Source of the DNA: Alphaproteobacteria bacterium
GTDB lineage: Bacteria > Pseudomonadota > Alphaproteobacteria > CAAHEQ01 > UBA3637
Direction: 5' to 3'
Assembly (NCBI GenBank): GCA_017453485.1
Contig: JAFTEW010000055.1
Span: forward strand, 1-54,104
Length of the DNA: 54,104 nt
In this document: positions 47,920-54,104 of the stretch, in pieces
Layout: every line of letters begins with the position of its first letter
Position numbering within the stretch: position 1 is the stretch's first letter
Program-made: the position numbers and the translations under genes
The notes under the pieces: generated by a model
What the model was told of the DNA's origin: nothing
What the model saw: the letters and a program-made list of their open reading frames with translations, nothing else
Databases searched by the model: none

Positions 47920-48594
47920 ATGACAAAAGAAAAAAAGCATACATTAAAGACTTATTTTTTTACGGGATTGTTGGTGACGACTCCGATTGCCGTGACATTT
48001 TATTTGGCGGTCCAGTTGTTCAATTATGTGGATAACCATGTGACAGCCTTGATTCCGACAAAATATAATCCGGAAACATATTTACCTTATGGCTTGCCGG
48101 GATTGGGTGTTGTATTGTTATTGGTGTTTTTGACATTGATCGGTATGTTGACGGCTAACTATGTCGGGCGATCCTTATTGAAATTCGGTCAGACCCTGAT
48201 AGAAAAAATGCCGATTATTTCCGGCATCTATAATGCTTTTCGTAAGATTTTTGAAACGTTGTTGAGTCCGGGAAAAAATACCGCTTTTCGGCAACCTGTT
48301 TTGGTTGATTATCCCCGACAGGGTATGAAGACAATTGCTTTTTTGACCGGCCCTGTTTATCGGGAAATTCAGGATGTATCTGCTGATGAACTGGTAAGTG
48401 TTTATGTGCCGACAACACCTAACCCCACATCGGGATTTTTGGTCTATGTCCCCAAAAAAGATATCGTTCCGTTAAAAATCGGAGTGGATGAGGCCTTAAA
48501 GATTATTTTATCCATGGGCATTATCAATCCGGACGATACGCCGGCCCGTAAAAAAGCTTTTCAACGTAAAGCACGCAGTTTGATTAAACGATAA
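47920..48594 (+). CDS. DUF502 domain membrane protein
   Basis: Two N-terminal TM helices, PIISGIYNAFRKI and the TTPNPTSGFLVYVPK motif characteristic of DUF502. Confidence 0.8.
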   Translation: MTKEKKHTLKTYFFTGLLVTTPIAVTFYLAVQLFNYVDNHVTALIPTKYNPETYLPYGLPGLGVVLLLVFLTLIGMLTANYVGRSLLKFGQTLIEKMPIISGIYNAFRKIFETLLSPGKNTAFRQPVLVDYPRQGMKTIAFLTGPVYREIQDVSADELVSVYVPTTPNPTSGFLVYVPKKDIVPLKIGVDEALKIILSMGIINPDDTPARKKAFQRKARSLIKR

Positions 48595-49242
48595 CTATTT
48601 TAGCGGTATAAGTGGCAATCCGTAAAGTCGCAGATAGCCGGAATCAGGAACTAATTTAAACTCTTGTGGTGTGTCTCGGATAATGAATTTCATCCAATCG
48701 GGTAAATCAACATAGTGACGGATGAATTGGTTCAGACCTGTTGTTTGAAGAGTCAAAAAACCTTGATTTTCTTGCGTTCGGATATCTCCTTGAACAGAAA
48801 AACGAAATGAATCAATTTGTCCCGACAGTTGTTGAATATGCCACCGTTCATCGGAAAAATCGGCATTAACATTGATGGGATCGGTATCCGATGTCTGAAT
48901 ATGCACTTGAATCGGCCATTTCACCGGGATAGCGACAAAGGTGTGTGGAATTGTGACGGGGGTGTATCCCGCAGGATGAATGGTCAAGTTTTGAATGTCG
49001 GCGCAAATTTGAAACGAACAGTCAGCATGTCGAACGGATTCGGCCTGAACAACGGCAAAAGGACCGGATAAATCGGAAATCCATTCCGGTAATTTATGAA
49101 CGAATTGGTGATTTAATAAACGAATACCCCCCCATGCTGCCAAGCAGATAATAAAACAAACAGGTAAAACTATTTTAATGAAATGACGCATTTCAATCCT
49201 TTTCTCGGGCTTTATCATAAAGAAATTTTTTATTTTTTTCAA
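48595..49242 (-). CDS. Hypothetical membrane-anchored or periplasmic protein
   Basis: ORF with an N-terminal TM/signal helix (IKIVLPVCFIICLAAWGGI). An alternative start is the ATG at 49191. Its stop abuts the stop of the convergent DUF502 gene with no spacer. Confidence 0.5.
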   Translation of the reverse strand: MKKIKNFFMIKPEKRIEMRHFIKIVLPVCFIICLAAWGGIRLLNHQFVHKLPEWISDLSGPFAVVQAESVRHADCSFQICADIQNLTIHPAGYTPVTIPHTFVAIPVKWPIQVHIQTSDTDPINVNADFSDERWHIQQLSGQIDSFRFSVQGDIRTQENQGFLTLQTTGLNQFIRHYVDLPDWMKFIIRDTPQEFKLVPDSGYLRLYGLPLIPLK

Positions 49243-49283
49243 GCACCCTTAAATGGTTTTACCGCCGGAATGATAAAAAAGGC

Positions 49284-49312
49284 TTGACAATCCGATGAAA
49301 AAGGTGTAAAAA
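49284..49312 (+). promoter_or_regulatory. Sigma70-type promoter for tRNA-Pro: TTGACA, 17-nt spacer, TAAAAA
   Basis: The -35 is at 49284-49289 and the -10 at 49307-49312, ending 13 nt upstream of the mature tRNA 5' end. Confidence 0.5.
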
Positions 49313-49325
49313 GGCAACATCTTGT

Positions 49326-49402
49326 CGGAACGTGGCTCAGCCTGGTAGAGCACTACGTTCGGGACGTAGGGGTCGCTGGTTCGAATCCAGTCGTTCCGAC
49401 CA
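49326..49402 (+). tRNA. tRNA-Pro (anticodon CGG), CCA encoded
   Basis: Manual cloverleaf: acceptor cggaacg/cgttccg, D arm gctc-agcctggta-gagc, anticodon stem ctacg/cgtag with loop ttCGGga, T arm gctgg-ttcgaat-ccagt, discriminator A, then CCA. Confidence 0.92.
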
Positions 49403-49407
49403 ATTAT

Positions 49408-49445
49408 ATAACATAGTATGTGTATACCTACTATGTTATTTTTTT
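49408..49445 (+). terminator. Rho-independent terminator after tRNA-Pro
   Basis: 11-bp perfect stem ataacatagta / tactatgttat with a 10-nt loop, followed by a T7 run. Confidence 0.75.
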
Positions 49446-49619
49446 ACCCAAAACAATTTAATTATATTTTTCAATGAGTTAATGATGAGTTTGTGGCTGT
49501 TTTAGCGGTAATATGACGATACTTTTTTACCGTCCGAAGAAATATCTTGATTTTAAGATGGTTTTATTATATAATAACCAATGACCGTGAAGCCTCAATG
49601 CAAAAAGAAGGGAGACCCC

Positions 49620-50465
49620 ATGATCAAAAATAAAATTAAAACAGCAACAAGATATGCTATTTTGTCGGGAATGGCTGTTATAGGGCAAATCGCCTCTACT
49701 GACGCCCTCTCCTCCCCCCAACAAGGCGTGAACGCCTCTAAAACCGCTTCTAAGGCGGAAAATCCTTCAAAAAAATATGTGTATGAACGGGATGAAGGAT
49801 TTATGTTTGAAGCACCGCTTTTGATTACCCCTATGGAGGGGATGAAAATGGCGTGTGCTTTTTCAATGATGACGGATTTGCAACTGGTCAGAAATGGCAG
49901 GGTTGAGCCCGTGCATGTGGAAAGAATCACAAAAATGTCAGCGGTAGGGAAACAAACAATTCTAAGCGGTTTAATATCCGTAAAGGAAATGAAAAGTGCA
50001 TGGGAGCGCATTAACAAGTATATGAAAGCCAAAGGAATTGAGAACTTTGGGGCTCCGTCTGGACAATTGCCCAAGGCATTTAGGGAAGATGTGAACGGTG
50101 TTTTAACCACTTGGGTGGTTGATACGAAATCAAAGACCACGCATGAATTTAGTTTTGATAAAGATGGGCGTGAAGTTCCTCCGGATAAGGTAGGAAACGC
50201 CAAACGATTTTATCGCTATCATGCGGATACCTTTAATTTTTTGTGTGCCAGAATGGCCGATAACGGATACCTTGCCATAGAAATCGGTCAGATGGAGCAT
50301 CCGTGCCCGATATTTACTTATCGTGACGGAAAGGGGATAAATTATGTCAGTCTTGGCGGTGTTGCCTATATTGATGACGGTAAAATAATTCGCGCCTATC
50401 GTGGAACAACGCAAGAATTGCAACGTGAGCAAGAAATGTTAAAACAACCCCAGAAGAGCAGATAA
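49620..50465 (+). CDS. Hypothetical secreted protein
   Basis: The ATG at 49620 follows aagggag. The N-terminus is signal-like (IKTATRYAILSGMAVIGQIASTDA). No recognisable domain. Confidence 0.5.
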   Translation: MIKNKIKTATRYAILSGMAVIGQIASTDALSSPQQGVNASKTASKAENPSKKYVYERDEGFMFEAPLLITPMEGMKMACAFSMMTDLQLVRNGRVEPVHVERITKMSAVGKQTILSGLISVKEMKSAWERINKYMKAKGIENFGAPSGQLPKAFREDVNGVLTTWVVDTKSKTTHEFSFDKDGREVPPDKVGNAKRFYRYHADTFNFLCARMADNGYLAIEIGQMEHPCPIFTYRDGKGINYVSLGGVAYIDDGKIIRAYRGTTQELQREQEMLKQPQKSR

Positions 50466-50485
50466 TTATTTGCCAAGGAGGGAAA

Positions 50486-50872
50486 ATGTCGCCCCAAAAT
50501 AATGTTCCTATTGATAGCCGAAAATTAGAAATATCTCGTATCGTTAGGAAAGCCGAGCGAAGAGCATTAGGTGACTATCTGGAAAAATTAAGGATTTTAT
50601 CCGGGTTGTCGCAGACACAAAGAGACGGATATTTGAAATTGCTTTCCCACACCCTTCAAGACATTGAGGAACAAATATCACAAATTTCTCGGGTGATTAA
50701 ACAAAAGATTATCCGATTAAACAACGGTTGGCCGGTAAGTGATATCCGAAAGGCCAAGGCAGATGAATTACGAGCTGACCGAAAAACACAAAGAAATATA
50801 TCCAAACAAGTAAACACAGATATTCCAAAAATAGGACATATGCGAAAAATATCGCCAGGCGGAGAACGATAG
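50486..50872 (+). CDS. Hypothetical basic, probably coiled-coil protein (128 aa)
   Basis: The ATG follows aaggaggg. The sequence is Lys/Arg/Gln-rich and predicted helical, with no recognisable domain. Confidence 0.45.
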   Translation: MSPQNNVPIDSRKLEISRIVRKAERRALGDYLEKLRILSGLSQTQRDGYLKLLSHTLQDIEEQISQISRVIKQKIIRLNNGWPVSDIRKAKADELRADRKTQRNISKQVNTDIPKIGHMRKISPGGER

Positions 50873-50920
50873 TCTGTTTGGGTCGTATCAAGCATAAAAG
50901 AGAAATTTCGAAACCCCAAA

Positions 50921-50955
50921 AGCCGGAAATAAAAGACTTATTCCCGGCTGTTTTG
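50921..50955. terminator. Bidirectional terminator hairpin between convergent genes
   Basis: Stem agccggaaat / attcccggct (one mismatch) with a 9-nt loop, then gttttg. A-rich on the other side. Confidence 0.5.
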
Positions 50956-50972
50956 CATTATTTAAAGAGAAG

Positions 50973-51161
50973 CTAAGCCGCAACTTCTTCCCGTTGGCAG
51001 GGACAGGCCTTTTCTTCCGTGAACCAAACCCGTTCGTCAAATTCGGATTTTTTGCCCTTATTGAATTGGCTATACGGACGGAAATAGCCCATGACCCGTG
51101 TCCAACATTCAACCGGTTGACGTTGCGATTCGTTTGCCTTTAAAATTTCTTGATCTGTCAT
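50973..51161 (-). CDS. Stand-alone 62-aa protein resembling the glycyl-radical C-terminus of class III (anaerobic) ribonucleotide reductase NrdD
   Basis: The ATG at 51161 lies 6 nt after aggagg. VECWTRVMGYFRPYSQFNKGKKSEFDERVWF matches the NrdD C-terminal pattern (..SR[IV].GY.RP...WN.GK..E...R..F), including the radical Gly in RVMGY. Confidence 0.6.
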   Translation of the reverse strand: MTDQEILKANESQRQPVECWTRVMGYFRPYSQFNKGKKSEFDERVWFTEEKACPCQREEVAA

Positions 51162-51242
51162 GTGATGCCTCCTGATGATGACGAATACCACTGTATCGTA
51201 TAAAAGGGGCATCGTCAAGAAAAAAATAAAGCCCGATCAAAT

Positions 51243-52226
51243 TTATGCTAAATCTCCCCGTAAAGCAGCAATGGTAAAGTTGAAGTAATCTCGGCATGAA
51301 TTGGCCAATCCGACAGGATCTGAAAATAATGCGATAACTCCGTTGGCCAATACATCTGTCCCGGGATGAGGATACTTTACCCGAAAAGCCGAAATATTTG
51401 TTATCAGGCGTTCATTATAGCATTCAATAAAGCGCATATATCCGGCCATTAAGTCGAATACGGTTGCCCGGGGTGATAATAATATGGTGTCGGGTTTCAA
51501 AAAACAGACATTCTCCGGCATTGATATTATCTCGGCAACTGTCAACGGATTTCGCGGAATAAAGATATTTTTTGAAATAATATGTTGAAAAATTTGTTTA
51601 AATTGCCGAACAACCGGGATTGATCCCATAACGGATAATCGAATCGGGCAGGCGCTTTTTAATCTTAGAATGGATCCGACTTGGGTGGCTATACCTAAAC
51701 GGGAAACAGATAATTTTTGCCGACCGGTGGAAAACAGCAACTGGTTAAGTGATTTAAAGGATTGATAAAAGGTCTCATAATTCGGTGAAAGTCGCCCTAG
51801 ATTTTGAAGCAACCGATCCATCAGTAATCCTGAAATTTCGGGCCGTAATTGACGAATGGCCTCTTGATATTGTTGTTGGCGGCGATACAAATCGTGGTAG
51901 TGATATTTGTTCAAACATTGTATCAACAGGTCATCTTGAATAGCCCGACAATAATCAGTTTTTCCTTTTTGAAAATAGGATTGATAAACCTCTTGTGCCT
52001 GGCACAATAAATCGGCTTGATAATTGGCCCTGCGGATAATGGTATCACATTGTTTTTGATTGGTTTCATAGGCGTTGATTAGATTGTCGTATGTTGCCAG
52101 CAGATGTGCGGATTCTATCGAATTATCCCCTGTGGGCGCTAATTTATTTTGATGCCGTTGTTTCATTGATTGATTCCTAAATGGATGGTATGCAAACAAG
52201 ATTTTCCCTTCAACATTAAATAACAT
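51243..52226 (-). CDS. Hypothetical protein (327 aa), first gene of the operon divergent from the repressor
   Basis: Clean ORF with an alternative start at the ATG 52166, which is preceded by aggaat. No motif recognised. Confidence 0.5.
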   Translation of the reverse strand: MLFNVEGKILFAYHPFRNQSMKQRHQNKLAPTGDNSIESAHLLATYDNLINAYETNQKQCDTIIRRANYQADLLCQAQEVYQSYFQKGKTDYCRAIQDDLLIQCLNKYHYHDLYRRQQQYQEAIRQLRPEISGLLMDRLLQNLGRLSPNYETFYQSFKSLNQLLFSTGRQKLSVSRLGIATQVGSILRLKSACPIRLSVMGSIPVVRQFKQIFQHIISKNIFIPRNPLTVAEIISMPENVCFLKPDTILLSPRATVFDLMAGYMRFIECYNERLITNISAFRVKYPHPGTDVLANGVIALFSDPVGLANSCRDYFNFTIAALRGDLA

Positions 52227-52273
52227 AATTTGTTTTTAAAATAGAATAAAATCCTCTTTTTGTTTCTTTTATA

Positions 52274-52316
52274 AACATTTTTTGTTTAAAATGCAATATA
52301 AAAAACAAAAAATGTT
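52274..52316. promoter_or_regulatory. Perfect 14-bp inverted repeat with a 15-bp spacer: candidate operator in the divergent promoter region
   Basis: aacattttttgttt (52274-52287) and aaacaaaaaatgtt (52303-52316) are exact reverse complements. The repeat lies between the divergent genes at 52226(-) and 52354(+). Confidence 0.45.
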
Positions 52317-52353
52317 ATTTATTTCTGTTTTTTTTTGTGTTATGTTAAAAACC

Positions 52354-53055
52354 ATGGGGAAAAGAAGTAATAAAAACGATTGGTTAACGCGTCGGTTACG
52401 GGAAATCAAAAAGCCAAAAAATGCATTGGCTCACTTTATCGGTATCCCGCAACAGCATATTAACAATTTGATAACCGGAAAATCAATTACCCCGCAACGA
52501 ATCGAAAAAATTTCCGAATTTATGGATATTGATAAGGCTTCGCTGTTTGAATTTTATGCCGGCAATATTGATGAGGAGCAATTACTGTCCGGACGAAATG
52601 AAAAAACTTTCCCGGTGAAAAGTATCCCTGTCGTCGGGTTTGTCGCGGCTGATGTTTGGCAAAGTCCGGATAATTGGGATAAAAATGATCTTTACCGGGT
52701 TTATATTCCATATGATGAACGGCTTGTGAATAAACGGGTTTTTGCTTTGGAAGTCAAGGGGAATGCCATGGATTTGGTTTACCCGGAAGGAGCCTGCGTG
52801 TTATGCGTGACCTTGGACGATTACACATCGGTTTTCGGCCCCCCAGAGAGCGGTAAAAAGGTCGTCGTGCGTCGGGTTCGGACATCCGACGATTTGGTTG
52901 AAATCACCGTTAAAGAATTTGTGCAAAATGATACGGGCACTTTTTTGGTGCCGCGGTCATCTGATCCGTCTGTCGGTCCTGTCAAATATACGGAACAGAG
53001 CGATAATCAATCAGAAATTATCGCTGTTGTTGTCGCCTCCTATCGGTGGGAGTAA
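52354..53055 (+). CDS. Lambda-CI/LexA-like repressor: XRE-type HTH plus S24 peptidase-like domain with the nucleophile Ser replaced by Ala
   Basis: HTH region (KKPKNALAHFIGIPQQHINNLITGK) and an S24-like C-terminus ALEVKGNAMDLVYPEGACVLCV...VEITVKEFV...IIAVVVASYR. The G-[DN]-S-M motif reads GNAM, while the general-base Lys (TVKEF) is kept. Confidence 0.75.
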   Translation: MGKRSNKNDWLTRRLREIKKPKNALAHFIGIPQQHINNLITGKSITPQRIEKISEFMDIDKASLFEFYAGNIDEEQLLSGRNEKTFPVKSIPVVGFVAADVWQSPDNWDKNDLYRVYIPYDERLVNKRVFALEVKGNAMDLVYPEGACVLCVTLDDYTSVFGPPESGKKVVVRRVRTSDDLVEITVKEFVQNDTGTFLVPRSSDPSVGPVKYTEQSDNQSEIIAVVVASYRWE

Positions 53056-53086
53056 TCCCGATAATCAATAAAACAGCCCAAAATGG

Positions 53087-54104
53087 CTATTTACAAATGA
53101 CACCAGCCATACCAGAGTATCCGTCCGGTCTCCCACTGTAAATACCACCATTTGCCATACATTCTCCGCCCTGTCCCCAATAGGAATAATCATTTGCCGG
53201 ATTGTGACCATGTGGTAAAGCTGATATTTGCATTTTTATCGTCTGAAATTCAGAACAGTTCAGTAGCGATTTTCCGATAGCCTGACACCAACTTTGTGCG
53301 CCGTAATAGGATAAATATCCCCAGGTGCAGTTTTTACCGCCATCAGCCGGCCGACACCAAGAGCGCAAATCGGATGCCGAATTGAAGTAATAGGTTGTCC
53401 CGTTGATAGTTGCCGTCTTCGGATTGGCCTTTTCACAAATGTTCGGTGTTTTGGTCCCGCCGTAATTACAGAAATATCCCTCCGGACAGCCGCTGACGGA
53501 TGAACAGGATTGTCCCGTCGGTTTACATTGACCTTTGCCGTCACAGGTTCCGGCTTGTCCGGCGGACTCGCAAGGTGTTCCCGATGGCAGGAACGTATGT
53601 GTTTGATTGCCATTGGCATCTTCTTCACACGTCATACACGGTGATAGAGCACACGTTTGCGGTTCATCCTCCCCTTCACCGGATTCCGATTTCTTTGTCA
53701 GCGTATTACTGAACACAAAGGCGATTTTATTGGCTTCGCCTTGGTCACAGGAATCGGATTCACCGTTGATGGCAACGTCCTCCGGGACTTTCCAATCCAT
53801 ACCCTTAATCCGTTCACAAACTTCGTCATTCATATTTGATACGATAATGCCGAAAGCCCCGTCATCATATCGTGCCGTTTCTACGCCAAAGGCACCGCTG
53901 ATGGATAGGTTCCCATTCGCGTCTTTCCATTCCGGCAGGGTCAGGCTCCCTTGGGTCGTCAGTTCCGTGCTGGCCGTCACCGCCATCTGTGATACAGCCC
54001 CCAGAATTGTATTGGCATTGGATTTATTGATGGCATAGCGATACCCCGCTATTCCCCCGATGGTTAATACCCCCATGATGGCCAGAGTCCCCAACATCTC
54101 TACC
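53087..54104 (-). CDS. Second prepilin-like / cysteine-rich protein, paralogue of 8940-10232; its 5' end runs off the window
   Basis: Reading from the window edge, VEMLGTLAIMGVLTIGGIAGYRYAINK matches gene 8940 almost exactly. A similar small head domain follows (VCERIKGMDW...INGESDSC...IAFVFSN), then a different Cys/Gly-rich C-terminal region. Confidence 0.75.
   Translation of the reverse strand, partial: VEMLGTLAIMGVLTIGGIAGYRYAINKSNANTILGAVSQMAVTASTELTTQGSLTLPEWKDANGNLSISGAFGVETARYDDGAFGIIVSNMNDEVCERIKGMDWKVPEDVAINGESDSCDQGEANKIAFVFSNTLTKKSESGEGEDEPQTCALSPCMTCEEDANGNQTHTFLPSGTPCESAGQAGTCDGKGQCKPTGQSCSSVSGCPEGYFCNYGGTKTPNICEKANPKTATINGTTYYFNSASDLRSWCRPADGGKNCTWGYLSYYGAQSWCQAIGKSLLNCSEFQTIKMQISALPHGHNPANDYSYWGQGGECMANGGIYSGRPDGYSGMAGVICK

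Noticed and set aside
48034-48042. Perfect DnaA-box sequence (tgtggataa, the reverse complement of TTATCCACA)
   Set aside because: It is a single isolated box inside the DUF502 coding region, with no cluster or AT-rich unwinding element nearby, so it is not evidence for an origin.
49595-50203. 202-aa minus-strand ORF overlapping the secreted hypothetical gene
   Set aside because: The plus-strand frame has an RBS, a signal-like N-terminus and a longer ORF. The minus frame is Ser/Phe/Ile-rich, typical of a shadow ORF. Neither has homology support, so this rejection is only moderately firm.
49403-53086. Integrated prophage or genomic island with att sites at tRNA-Pro
   Set aside because: I could find no integrase or recombinase gene, no phage structural genes and no direct repeat of the tRNA 3' end by eye. 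It is kept only as an 'accessory patch' finding, not called a mobile element.
1-54104. CRISPR arrays, transposases/IS elements, rRNA genes and known defence-system genes
   Set aside because: I saw no regularly spaced direct repeats, DDE or serine/tyrosine recombinase motifs, rRNA signatures, or recognisable defence-associated nuclease, ATPase or helicase genes while reading the six-frame track and the intergenic regions.

Overview
This 54.1-kb window looks like chromosomal DNA from an alphaproteobacterium. Family markers are GapR/DUF2312, DUF1013 (TrcR-type), DUF4167, DUF1058 SH3-like, a short alpha-type FtsL, and an FtsZ with a long P/E-rich linker. Sel1, TPR and HEAT-repeat proteins and clustered hairpin mini-repeats suggest a host-associated lifestyle, but that is inference. 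Most of the window is core housekeeping. It holds tadA, an rRNA pseudouridine synthase, rsmD, tkt, ptsP, a GlmU-like uridyltransferase, glk, pepN, ssb, RNase P RNA, rpmI-rplT, mtaB, ftsY, a parvulin PPIase, rsmB and tRNA-Pro(CGG). A long dcw cell-wall and division cluster runs rsmH-ftsL-ftsI-murE/F-mraY-ftsW-murG-murC-murB-ddl-ftsQ-ftsA-ftsZ. Several loci deserve a second look. (1) Two paralogous cysteine-rich proteins carry a prepilin-like N-terminus; they sit in inverted orientation at 8.9 kb and at the right window edge. (2) murD lies outside the dcw cluster and is translationally coupled to a PP-loop/QueC-like ORF, a candidate MurD2/MurL L-Glu ligase and epimerase pair; murE and murF are fused and mraZ is absent. 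(3) A polytopic membrane ORF and a HEAT-repeat ORF share one frame and are separated only by a TAA codon, and a cNMP-binding protein follows. (4) A small accessory patch lies downstream of tRNA-Pro. It contains a lambda-CI-like repressor with its nucleophile Ser replaced by Ala, a perfect 14-bp inverted repeat in the divergent promoter region, an unknown 327-aa protein, and a 62-aa stand-alone copy of the class III RNR (NrdD) glycyl-radical C-terminus. (5) One GlmU homologue carries only the uridyltransferase domain, and one dUTPase-fold protein has degenerate catalytic motifs. I found no CRISPR array, transposase, integrase or recognisable defence-system gene. All functional calls rest on motifs read by eye in the supplied translations; no database search was run.
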